From Parvicella tangerina (GTDB taxonomy: Bacteria; Bacteroidota; Bacteroidia; Flavobacteriales_D; Parvicellaceae), in assembly GCF_907165195.1 (NCBI RefSeq), contig NZ_OU015584.1, forward strand, positions 2,237,291 through 2,261,290: DNA of 24,000 nt, written 5' to 3'. This document shows, piece by piece, positions 1 to 7,371 of the stretch (positions within the stretch are counted from its first letter, which is position 1; every line of letters begins with the position of its first letter). Below the pieces are notes generated by a model. That model did no database searches, was not told where the DNA came from, and saw only the letters and a list, made by a program, of their open reading frames with translations. Position numbers and translations under genes: made by a program.

Positions 1-528
1 TTTTGCCCATCCATGTGGATCATAAATTGGTGATCCTGCATCTTTCGCCTTTTGAGGTTTAGCCTGAACAATGGCAAGCATTTCATTGAATTCACTTGTT
101 TTCAACTCGCTTGTCATATCTTCAATGAGGTTTGCTCCTTTGTATAGTTTTCGATAGGATGTTTGAACCTTTTGAAAGTCCTCCTGTGATGGTATTGCTC
201 TCAACACTTGTCGAACTGCAACTTCATCTGTTCCCCACCAACCATCATTGTCAAAAGCATTTTTGAGTTGCTTTGCCCAAGTCGCATGATCCTTAGATCC
301 AAAACTGTTGTTCTCCTCTTTGTTGGCTATTGCTTCTCGAACTTGATTTGATGCAAACTTTATTGCAATTACAGCTACAACTGAAATACCTAGAACAATT
401 GCCAATGAAGTAATGGCGTGACGTTGTTTATCCGTCAAGCTGGTCCACCATGAACGCTTTTCCTGATCCAACACGATTTGTGTGGTAGGCTGCTGTTGTT
501 GTGGTTGTATCATTACTTCATTTTTCAT
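1..528 (-). CDS. Membrane-anchored protein with annexin-like repeat (partial; 3' end runs off the window, 176 codons visible)
   Basis: My own minus-strand translation from ATG at 528-526 gives MKNEVMIQPQQQQPTTQ... and stays open to position 1. It is absent from the ORF track because no stop lies in the window. It has one hydrophobic helix (ITSLAIVLGISVVAVIAI). The segment WAKQLKNAFDNDGWWGTDEVAVRQVLRAIPSQEDFQKVQTSYRKLYKGANLIEDMTSELKTSEFNEMLAIV fits the annexin repeat pattern (GTDE ... Y..LY.G..L.ED..SEL). Confidence 0.6.
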   Translation of the reverse strand, partial: MKNEVMIQPQQQQPTTQIVLDQEKRSWWTSLTDKQRHAITSLAIVLGISVVAVIAIKFASNQVREAIANKEENNSFGSKDHATWAKQLKNAFDNDGWWGTDEVAVRQVLRAIPSQEDFQKVQTSYRKLYKGANLIEDMTSELKTSEFNEMLAIVQAKPQKAKDAGSPIYDPHGWAK

Positions 529-546
529 TGCTCTGAATTTTGATGG

Positions 547-729
547 TTAGGAAACTCCTAAGTAGTGTTTAGCAAACTCCACCTTGGCAGGATCTTCTTT
601 GACCACTTTTGCCAATGCTTTGATTGTGTCAGTTGATAAATAGGCTGCTAAAACCGCTAAACCATTTACTTTTTCGGTTGCTTCTTTTTTGCTTCCCGAA
701 ATGCTAATTGTGAACTTATGCTTCTCCAT
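547..729 (-). CDS. Hypothetical small protein (60 aa)
   Basis: ATG start. It is co-oriented with the upstream gene and overlaps it by 14 nt. No recognisable motif. Confidence 0.45.
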   Translation of the reverse strand: MEKHKFTISISGSKKEATEKVNGLAVLAAYLSTDTIKALAKVVKEDPAKVEFAKHYLGVS

Positions 730-1474
730 TTTGCTTGATTTTATGATTAACTAATTCTGTGAATTCCTTTCTGAGTTCTGGGTAAGCCGTGAAAATCTCC
801 CACGTCTTTAATGCTTTCTCCAGTTCTTTTTCGGAGTATTCATTTTTCATTTTCTGATAATGCTTATCTGCTTTTGTTTCTGGCTCTGATTCAACCTCCA
901 CCTCAACTTCTGGCGCACCATGAACCGTAGGATTTATCGCTCCTGCTTTGTTAGCATTGAACTGACCGTAAATCTCCATTCCCTGTTTAATAAGATCCTT
1001 GATGTCGATCTGCTTGTCATCCAGTTCTGCCTGAAGTGTTTTGAATTGCTTTAGCTTTTTGGATTTTCGTTTCAACTCTTTTTTCAAAAGGTCGATTTCC
1101 GTTTCCATTTTTTGCTTTTCCAAAGCTTCTTTGATTCGTTGCTCTACATCCTTTGCAGGTACACCACTTAATGCCGTTTGATTGGTATGGAAAATATGTC
1201 TGTTACAATTTGGGGATCTACCGAAATGCAATCGAATTTCAACTTGCTGTGTATTCGGTTCCATGTATTGATGGTAGTTATCGAAAAGCTCAATGTTGTC
1301 GTTCTTCGCTACTACCATTTCCCCGTCCACAAAAATTGAGTAGAACTTACATCCTCCTTGTTCATGAATCCCTTTAATAATTCCTTTCAGCCGATTGATG
1401 CGCTGAATGTTATAAGGTTCATTAAACACTTTGCCCGTCTTTTTGGGGTTCTTATTTTCAAATATTTCTTCCAT
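716..1474 (-). CDS. Hypothetical coiled-coil protein (252 aa); scaffold-like (speculative)
   Basis: ATG start, 1-nt gap to the upstream stop. The central K/E-rich heptad-like segment (EQRIKEALEKQKMETEIDLLKKELKRKSKKLKQFKTLQAELDDKQ) is followed by an acidic EVEVEVESEPE stretch. Confidence 0.65.
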   Translation of the reverse strand: MEEIFENKNPKKTGKVFNEPYNIQRINRLKGIIKGIHEQGGCKFYSIFVDGEMVVAKNDNIELFDNYHQYMEPNTQQVEIRLHFGRSPNCNRHIFHTNQTALSGVPAKDVEQRIKEALEKQKMETEIDLLKKELKRKSKKLKQFKTLQAELDDKQIDIKDLIKQGMEIYGQFNANKAGAINPTVHGAPEVEVEVESEPETKADKHYQKMKNEYSEKELEKALKTWEIFTAYPELRKEFTELVNHKIKQNGEA

Positions 1475-1475
1475 C

Positions 1476-1802
1476 TTATTTCAATTTTATGTTCGGTATT
1501 ACCTGAATGATTTTGACCTGTAAGTAGCGTTTCGTTTCTTGGTTGATAATCCATGTTTTCCCTCGGTGGATATATTGCATTTCATTGATGCGATTATCTC
1601 TTAAATTGAAGATTCCTGCCTTGGAATACATCTTGACATATTGATCTGGCTTAACTAGAATCAAGAGTTCGTTTTCTGCATTCAATTCAATCTTACTTGC
1701 AGGTGGAATTTGAAAATGTCTTAACCGTATGAGGTAGTTATCTCCAACTCCCAACTCTTTCATTTTGCGCTCGGCAATCTCTATGGCTAATCCTTCTGTC
1801 AT
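1476..1802 (-). CDS. Hypothetical beta-rich small protein (108 aa)
   Basis: ATG start inside an ATGA overlap with the upstream gene's stop (1799-1802). No known motif. Confidence 0.6.
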   Translation of the reverse strand: MTEGLAIEIAERKMKELGVGDNYLIRLRHFQIPPASKIELNAENELLILVKPDQYVKMYSKAGIFNLRDNRINEMQYIHRGKTWIINQETKRYLQVKIIQVIPNIKLK

Positions 1803-2317
1803 AACTCAAGTGTTAAGTAGATTTTTAATTCGTAGAAGTCTGCTAAACCAGATCCAAATCGGTCAACATAATAGCCCTCCAAAACTTGCGTATCTGGCTC
1901 TGCCGTCACAATAAATTCTTGATGTTGTTTGCCATTAATCCAGAATAGACCTCCACCAAAATCCCCTGGACTTTTATGTAAGTGAATGGACTGATTAAAC
2001 AGCTTATCACTTTGTCTAATAATCTGGGTGTAGAACACATCTCTGCACTCGGATAGTCTCATCCACAGCCAACCAATCTCCTTGTTGTAGTCTATTGATC
2101 TTGCTAGTGGTTTGATTGGAAAAACTGGACGAATTGAAAGCTTTTCAACTGGCTGTACATTTTCAATTACATCTCCAACAACTTGCCTTTTCTCGGCAGG
2201 ATTTGCAGTTGCCCATATCGACAATATTTGATTGACATTTGTGGGCAGCTTAACTTGAAATTGTAGCTTTTCTCCTTGTCTTTTGACACGAACGATATGT
2301 ACAATTCGCTTAATCAT
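1799..2317 (-). CDS. Hypothetical protein (172 aa from first ATG)
   Basis: The ORF-track start at 2329 is TTG, while the first ATG is at 2317-2315. Either start overlaps the upstream gene's stop (2310-2312). The sequence looks beta-rich. Confidence 0.6.
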   Translation of the reverse strand: MIKRIVHIVRVKRQGEKLQFQVKLPTNVNQILSIWATANPAEKRQVVGDVIENVQPVEKLSIRPVFPIKPLARSIDYNKEIGWLWMRLSECRDVFYTQIIRQSDKLFNQSIHLHKSPGDFGGGLFWINGKQHQEFIVTAEPDTQVLEGYYVDRFGSGLADFYELKIYLTLEL

Positions 2318-2705
2318 TATCGCAATCAACTTTTGAAAAGGTATAGATGGTAACTCTGTAAGGAGTGAACTTGGCTAAAGGGTGATCTTGATCTTTAAAC
2401 CAGATCTCAACACGTCCATTCCCTGTTTCAATTTTACCAACCTTGATCATTCGATCATTAGGGGAAACATTAATCCCTGACATGAGTAATCGGCTTTCAA
2501 ATTCTTCAGGAAACAACTCTTGGTCATTTACTTGAATTTTTTGCGTTCCACGATAGAAAAGTAGATCATCTCTATCTGACGTTAATCCAATACCAATAAG
2601 GAAATTGGCGTTCTTATCCAGTTCAAATTCGCCTTTAAAAACTTGGTTCGGACTGGTGATTTTTAGGTCAAAACGTTCCTTTATGATGTTATGCTTGTAA
2701 CTCAT
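2310..2705 (-). CDS. Hypothetical beta-rich small protein (131 aa); possible minor virion protein (speculative)
   Basis: ATG start. Alternating hydrophobic/polar beta-strand-like pattern. It sits immediately downstream of the hairpin that follows the 236-aa gene. Confidence 0.6.
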   Translation of the reverse strand: MSYKHNIIKERFDLKITSPNQVFKGEFELDKNANFLIGIGLTSDRDDLLFYRGTQKIQVNDQELFPEEFESRLLMSGINVSPNDRMIKVGKIETGNGRVEIWFKDQDHPLAKFTPYRVTIYTFSKVDCDND

Positions 2706-2752
2706 TTCAATTGATTTTATATGTGCTTAATGATTTGTTTTTTAGTCTGGCA

Positions 2753-2781
2753 AGCTGTGGCTAAAGAGGGATGCCACAGCT
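2753..2781 (-). other. Perfect 9-bp GC-rich hairpin (AGCTGTGGC-N11-GCCACAGCT) downstream of the 236-aa gene
   Basis: Arms at 2753-2761 and 2773-2781 are exact reverse complements. On the transcribed minus strand there is no U-tract after the stem, so this looks more like an RNA-stability or processing/partial-termination hairpin than a canonical terminator. Confidence 0.55.
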
Positions 2782-2804
2782 ACCAAACTTACCTTGGCAA
2801 GAAA

Positions 2805-3515
2805 TCAAGGAGTGGTTCCAGTACCGTCTAATCCAATGTAGAGGTATTGTTCGTTGTTGGGAATGTTGAACATAGTTCCCAATTCAACTGTAAATTCAAT
2901 CAACTCTTCATCTCTGATTAATCTCGGATTGTCCAACTTGTAATAGCCTAAAGGCACAGTTGTATCGTTGTCCGTGATGAACCTTCTGATGGATTGGTTC
3001 TCTGGTACAATTTGTTTTCTATTTGCTTTTAAGCTGAATTCTCCATTAGCAATTGCAGGAACTGAACTCACGCTTTTGAAGTCAATTGCCTTTACTGATT
3101 CTTTGTCCTGTGGATTTGGAATTTTCCCTGTCAAAAGGATGATTCCGCTCACTAAGAAAACCATGTTCTTAGGCAACTTGGCGTTTGAAATGTTTCTCAC
3201 ACCAACTTCTTTGTCATCTTGTGGCTCAAACATTTTGATCGTTTTTGAAGTGATCAGCTTGGTTGAGTAAATTGTGTAATCCGCAAGTCTTACACCTCCT
3301 TTGAGTAATTCTCCCTTTACGTGCTTTGGTAGTTGCTTAAAGAATTTTTCCATTTCGCCACGTGATCTTCTTGATCTGTGGACTTGTCCAGCAACTCTTT
3401 TGATAAACATTGCCTTTTTTACTGGAGACATCCCTTGGGTTGCTCTTTCCAGTTCGCCAATTCCAAACAACTCTCCAACGTTGTTGTATTCGCTATTCAT
3501 TACATCATCTGTCAT
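2805..3515 (-). CDS. Hypothetical protein (236 aa) with basic N-terminal arm and beta-rich body; candidate capsid-like structural protein (speculative)
   Basis: ATG start. The N-terminal third is strongly basic (VHRSRRSRGEMEKFFKQLPKHVKGELLKGGVR) and the rest looks beta-rich. It is the only gene in the block that is set off by intergenic hairpins on both sides. Confidence 0.65.
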   Translation of the reverse strand: MTDDVMNSEYNNVGELFGIGELERATQGMSPVKKAMFIKRVAGQVHRSRRSRGEMEKFFKQLPKHVKGELLKGGVRLADYTIYSTKLITSKTIKMFEPQDDKEVGVRNISNAKLPKNMVFLVSGIILLTGKIPNPQDKESVKAIDFKSVSSVPAIANGEFSLKANRKQIVPENQSIRRFITDNDTTVPLGYYKLDNPRLIRDEELIEFTVELGTMFNIPNNEQYLYIGLDGTGTTP

Positions 3516-3530
3516 AACATTTGATTTTGT

Positions 3531-3546
3531 TCCCGAACAATCGGGA
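3531..3546 (-). other. Small hairpin TCCCGA-acaa-TCGGGA upstream of the 236-aa gene
   Basis: Exact 6-bp inverted repeat with a 4-nt loop, in the 50-nt gap between the 209-aa and 236-aa genes. Confidence 0.4.
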
Positions 3547-3565
3547 TGGTTAATACTCGTTTTGT

Positions 3566-4195
3566 TTATATGTGACTTAAATCGGGATCTTCCTCAATCA
3601 TTGCGAATGAGTACTCTTCTGGATCTTCGTAATCATATCCGCCTGATAACTCTTCAAAGTCATCTTCTTGGTTCAGCTCATATTGAATGGCTTCTCTGCG
3701 GTTATTGGTTTCGTAGATCTCTAAAGGAGAAAGATCAATTGATCCGACTGCTTGGTCATCCGATACTGGTGCATCTTCCTTTTTCTTGAAAATCTTGTTT
3801 AAGTAAAAGGCAGTAAACACTTCATCTTTGAATTGCGTAAGCCTTGTTTTGGCTTTGGTTTGCTCTCCTGCAAGTGTGAATCCATTTACCGCTTGAGCTG
3901 CTGCAATATTTTGATGTTCGATTGCTTTCCCAATTCCATAGGCTATGGTTGCACCTCCTGCGATTCTGAGAACTCCTGTGTCCTCATCAAAGTAATGGCT
4001 ACCAGCCATAAGTAAGATTCCTACTGGAAGAGCTGCTCGACCTGTTGTTGCGCCAATACCTGCGCCAAGTGTAGCTCCCACAACCAAGTCCACTAGTGTT
4101 TTTAACCCTGTGTTGGCAATGTTGCCTTTGGTTTTCTTGGCTTTATACTTCTGAAGCATAGAACCAGATTTATTGCTATTTTTCTTCTTTTTCAT
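3566..4195 (-). CDS. Glycine-zipper membrane protein (209 aa) with basic N-terminus and acidic C-terminus
   Basis: ATG start. N-terminus MKKKKNSNKSGS..KAKKTKG. Gly/Ala-rich hydrophobic segments LVVGATLGAGIGATTGRAALPVGILLMAG and AGGATIAYGIGKAI. The C-terminal tail is D/E-rich. Confidence 0.7.
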   Translation of the reverse strand: MKKKKNSNKSGSMLQKYKAKKTKGNIANTGLKTLVDLVVGATLGAGIGATTGRAALPVGILLMAGSHYFDEDTGVLRIAGGATIAYGIGKAIEHQNIAAAQAVNGFTLAGEQTKAKTRLTQFKDEVFTAFYLNKIFKKKEDAPVSDDQAVGSIDLSPLEIYETNNRREAIQYELNQEDDFEELSGGYDYEDPEEYSFAMIEEDPDLSHI

Positions 4196-4224
4196 TTGAC
4201 TTATTTTTAGCGATTAAACATTGA

Positions 4225-5997
4225 TTAAAGCAGCTCCACTTTTCTTACAGAGGTTGACCGTTTAACTGGCTTTTTTCTGCGTTTTGTTGGATTTTTTCGC
4301 ACAGGCTTTTTCCTTGCAGGTGTCTTGCGCTTTTTAGCCGAAGTGGTTTTACTTTTTGTTTTCTTCTTTTTTGGAACTCCTGCTAATCCTTTTTTCTTCT
4401 TTGAAGCCCTTACGACAAGGATGGTTCCTCCAACAACTGCCGTTGCAATTCCTGCGGTCAGCAATGGATGTTCTTTGATCCAACCAACAACACCTTTCTT
4501 TTCATCTGGCTTATCTTCTGGTGTAACTTCTGCACTTCGAGTGAATGAAGCTTCATCATCATACATGGCAGGATCGAATGTTTGATCTTCTGGAATTGAT
4601 GGATCGACAATTGGTGCTGTTGCTTGAGTGGTCGGATCTGTTACATTGCTGTTTCTGTTCTTGAAGTTGTTTACCAAATTCTTAAAACTGAAACGTCTCG
4701 TTTTCTCCTCTTCGGCAGCCGTGTTGTCTTGAACTACTTCTTGGTCAGCCTGTGGCGAACCAGACTTGAAAAGGCTTCCTAGCTTTTTAATTAAAGCTGC
4801 TAGTGTTCCTATTACGCCTGAAGCTGCTGCAACTGCTGAAGCCGTTGCTACTGCACCCAATCCATTAACTCCAGATTCTCCAACTTCATCTTCAAAGAGT
4901 TCGTCTCCAAGAATGGTTCTCAAATCCTGATCGTCATGGACTGGATAGATGATCTCTCCAAGTCCATTTAAGGTTACTCTTCGGTCTCTATTTCCTTTAC
5001 CTGATAGGATGGCTTTTTTCAGGTTTTCTGTTTTTCCACCTGCTCCGAAAAAGATCTTTTCCATCTTCTCACGAATTCGCTTCAACTGGTTGAATTTGTT
5101 CAAGTCCATGTTGTTTTGGCGAGCTTGACTGTCTGACCAATAAGCAAATCTTAATTTACTTGCTACGTTCATTACATTCAATTTCATGCTTGCCAAAACT
5201 CCTGCTCGAAGAAGTGCTGTGGCAGGATTGAATTTGTTAATCACATTCAATCCTTTTTTCAATCGCTCTTTTAGTGGAGGGCGGTTCGCTTTCTTTTCTG
5301 CTCTTTTAGCCTTTCTTTTGGCTTTTCGGGCTTGCCTTTCAGCTCTACCTTCTAAACCTTCTAGTTCGACTATTCCTTGAGCATCAATTGGAAAGTCATT
5401 TTCGAGGATCTCATCAATTTCGGTGAACTGATCGAATTCGGCATCCTCGTCAAAACCGTTTAAATACTCTAAATCCATTTTGATGTCTTTTTTAGCGGAA
5501 TACGGTACTTCACGGTTGAATTTGTGAACCACAGCATCCAAGATTAATACTCCGTTTTTTGTGTAAGCAATTGGGTACACGTGTTCAAATTCAGGTGACT
5601 GATACTTGGTTAGTCGAAACGCAAATGGAATTCCCAGATTCGTTAAGATTGAGCCAATAAACACGCTCATACAATCGCAATCCACGCCCTCCTTTCTGTC
5701 TTGCCAAACTCTGGATGGTCTGCGAACTTGTTCTTTCCCCATTTCATCCTTTGTGTATTGCAAATGATTGAAACAGAAATTCCAGATGTTTGAACAAGTC
5801 TGTTTTTCAGTAGATGCTTTCAGGTATTCGGCAATGGTCGCTGTATCTTCAAGCGTTGTTGCCGTTATCTGTTTCATCAACTTGAGTGTATCTTCAAGGT
5901 TTGCAGCTTTCTTGATGAGCTGCGTTTTTCCCTCTGGAATCGGAAACATTGCGTTGAATTGATCTCCGCTTTTGATATGTCTCTTTCCCGTTTTCAT
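4225..5997 (-). CDS. Transglutaminase-like (papain-fold Cys-His-Asp) domain protein with C-terminal TM helix and polybasic tail (590 aa)
   Basis: GVDCDCMSVFIGSILTNLGIPFAFRLTKY ... FEHVYPIAY ... LILDAV fits the transglutaminase-like core pattern (G.C...A.....L...GIP.R...Y ... H.[WY] ... D). There is a basic KAKRKAKRAEKKANR stretch. A TM-like segment (LLTAGIATAVVGGTILVV) is followed by about 55 residues that are more than half K/R. The start sits in an ATGA overlap with the upstream gene. Confidence 0.75.
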   Translation of the reverse strand: MKTGKRHIKSGDQFNAMFPIPEGKTQLIKKAANLEDTLKLMKQITATTLEDTATIAEYLKASTEKQTCSNIWNFCFNHLQYTKDEMGKEQVRRPSRVWQDRKEGVDCDCMSVFIGSILTNLGIPFAFRLTKYQSPEFEHVYPIAYTKNGVLILDAVVHKFNREVPYSAKKDIKMDLEYLNGFDEDAEFDQFTEIDEILENDFPIDAQGIVELEGLEGRAERQARKAKRKAKRAEKKANRPPLKERLKKGLNVINKFNPATALLRAGVLASMKLNVMNVASKLRFAYWSDSQARQNNMDLNKFNQLKRIREKMEKIFFGAGGKTENLKKAILSGKGNRDRRVTLNGLGEIIYPVHDDQDLRTILGDELFEDEVGESGVNGLGAVATASAVAAASGVIGTLAALIKKLGSLFKSGSPQADQEVVQDNTAAEEEKTRRFSFKNLVNNFKNRNSNVTDPTTQATAPIVDPSIPEDQTFDPAMYDDEASFTRSAEVTPEDKPDEKKGVVGWIKEHPLLTAGIATAVVGGTILVVRASKKKKGLAGVPKKKKTKSKTTSAKKRKTPARKKPVRKNPTKRRKKPVKRSTSVRKVELL

Positions 5998-6500
5998 AGC
6001 GATACACTTGTTTTCTCTTGGTAGGGATAATCACCTGCCATTGTGAATAATTGCGTGAAAGTCTCTATGTCGATTTTCACTTTGTCTGCTGGGTCATTGC
6101 TTTGCAAACGGGTTAATAGTTGTGGGCTAATAGCCACTACACTCAACCATGGCACTAGAATTTTAGTAGTGATATTCCCTGTCTCTGCGAAAGCGTTCAT
6201 AATGATTCTGCCCTTTGCGTCCTTGACCGAAGAAGGAATTTCCACTTCTTGCATTGTGCTACTTGCTAGTAATTGACCTCCAGATGAAAGTTTGATTAAT
6301 GGTGGGGTCATTTTGATCGTTGCTCTAGTCGGATTCTGAATATTGTAATGAATCCTAATGCTGATCCCTTGAGCTGTTATTTGATCTCGTTGCCCTGATA
6401 CTTTAATCACAACTTTTTCGCCTGCTCTTTTTAAAGAGAGTAAGTATCGGATGCCTAAGAATGATCCTAAACCAATTGCTATGTATTTCAAATTCTTCAT
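5994..6500 (-). CDS. N-terminally anchored hypothetical protein (168 aa)
   Basis: ATG start. N-terminal hydrophobic anchor IAIGLGSFLGIRYLLSL, with the remainder beta-rich. Its stop overlaps the next gene's ATG (ATGA). Confidence 0.65.
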   Translation of the reverse strand: MKNLKYIAIGLGSFLGIRYLLSLKRAGEKVVIKVSGQRDQITAQGISIRIHYNIQNPTRATIKMTPPLIKLSSGGQLLASSTMQEVEIPSSVKDAKGRIIMNAFAETGNITTKILVPWLSVVAISPQLLTRLQSNDPADKVKIDIETFTQLFTMAGDYPYQEKTSVSL

Positions 6501-6504
6501 TAGG

Positions 6505-6696
6505 CTACCCTTTTATCTTCTTGATCTTTTTTTTTATTGATTCTACTTGATCGTTCAGCTTCATTGAAATGCGTTGAACCTTGTCGTTTAACTTCTCGAC
6601 CTTTTTTGCCACCTCCTTAAAATCTCCATGAAAGTCTTTTATGAAGTAAAGGCAGATCGCTACCAGTATCGAGTTTATGATGAGTAATGCTTCCAT
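6505..6696 (-). CDS. Small TM plus coiled-coil protein (63 aa); holin-like topology (speculative)
   Basis: ATG start. N-terminal TM (LLIINSILVAICLYFI) followed by a K-rich helical tail. It is the first gene after the repeat-rich intergenic region. Confidence 0.55.
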   Translation of the reverse strand: MEALLIINSILVAICLYFIKDFHGDFKEVAKKVEKLNDKVQRISMKLNDQVESIKKKIKKIKG

Positions 6697-6754
6697 AACT
6701 TTTGCTTTTGTTTCTTCAAAGTTCCGCAGGTTTATTTGCTTTCATTTTCAAATG

Positions 6755-6834
6755 GTTGTATCCAGTTACACTTTATTCTGCTTTATTCTGAATAGTTGTA
6801 TTCAGTAGTGTTTGGTAGTGTTTAGTCTTGTTTA
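6755..6834 (-). promoter_or_regulatory. Repeat-dense control region ahead of the structural gene block
   Basis: GTTGTATCCAGT (6755-6766) and GTTGTATTCAGT (6795-6806) lie 40 bp apart. Between them is tandem CTTTATTCTG x2 (6771-6790). They are followed by three phased 10-mers: GTAGTGTTTG, GTAGTGTTTA, GTCTTGTTTA (6805-6834). Confidence 0.5.
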
Positions 6835-7152
6835 GTTCAGGAATATTTGATTGAAGTCAGACTCAATTCGCATGACCGTTTTGCGCTCAATTAATCGGTT
6901 GATCTTAGCCAGATGAACGGCTACATCTCTTCCAAGCGATAGTTCTATTCTTTTTAGAATAGCATTGAAAATTTGTCGTAGTTTAGTCTCACAGACTTGA
7001 TATTCTTGAGCCAATTCAGCAAAGGTTTTCTCTTTAACTATTCGCTGCAATAGGAGCTTGATTTGGATGTCTCTTAATTCTCCCCACAATTCTGGATCAC
7101 TCTTTATCCATAGTGCCAGAAATACATTGATGTCTGATTTATCTATTCTCAT
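6832..7152 (-). CDS. Small sigma-70 region-4-like / LuxR-like HTH regulator (106 aa)
   Basis: ATG start. IQIKLLLQRIVKEKTFAELAQEYQVCETKLRQIFNAILKRI matches the region-4 HTH pattern (helix, then E-[IL]-A, then recognition helix). Confidence 0.65.
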   Translation of the reverse strand: MRIDKSDINVFLALWIKSDPELWGELRDIQIKLLLQRIVKEKTFAELAQEYQVCETKLRQIFNAILKRIELSLGRDVAVHLAKINRLIERKTVMRIESDFNQIFLN

Positions 7153-7164
7153 GGCTGTAAATTT

Positions 7165-7371
7165 TTAGCGATATGGATTGAGGTAGGAAACGATCTCGGA
7201 ATAATCCAATTCGTAGTAATCGCAATACTCCTTTACCGTTAGCATTTTGCTCTTTTTTCCAAGAGCATCTCTTACCGTTCTGTGATCTCTACGACAAACC
7301 TCTATTGAGTATCCTGTGATGATTTGAATGTCTTTAGTAGAGATTAACTTGCTTCCTTTTAACTCATTCAT
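7165..7371 (-). CDS. Small HTH DNA-binding protein (68 aa from first ATG; excisionase/regulator-like)
   Basis: The ORF-track start at 7419 is TTG, and the first ATG is at 7371-7369 (MNELKGSKLISTKDIQIITGYSIEVCRRDHRTVRDALGK...). This is the short HTH pattern typical of small Bacteroidota mobile-element regulators. A GAAATTTG box lies 17 nt upstream of that ATG. Confidence 0.6.
   Translation of the reverse strand: MNELKGSKLISTKDIQIITGYSIEVCRRDHRTVRDALGKKSKMLTVKEYCDYYELDYSEIVSYLNPYR

Noticed and set aside
3301-3789. 162-aa plus-strand ORF, and other antisense ORFs in block 1 (1153-1377, 2968-3270, 3833-4015, 4325-4585, 5186-5380, 5768-5962, 6043-6276)
   Set aside because: All lie entirely antisense to longer minus-strand genes that are co-oriented and translationally coupled. 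Their low-complexity F/L/S-rich translations are typical of shadow frames.
4960-5060. Walker-A-like FFGAGGKTENL in the 590-aa protein as a packaging ATPase signature
   Set aside because: The spacing does not match GxxxxGK[ST], and I saw no Walker B or other ATPase blocks.
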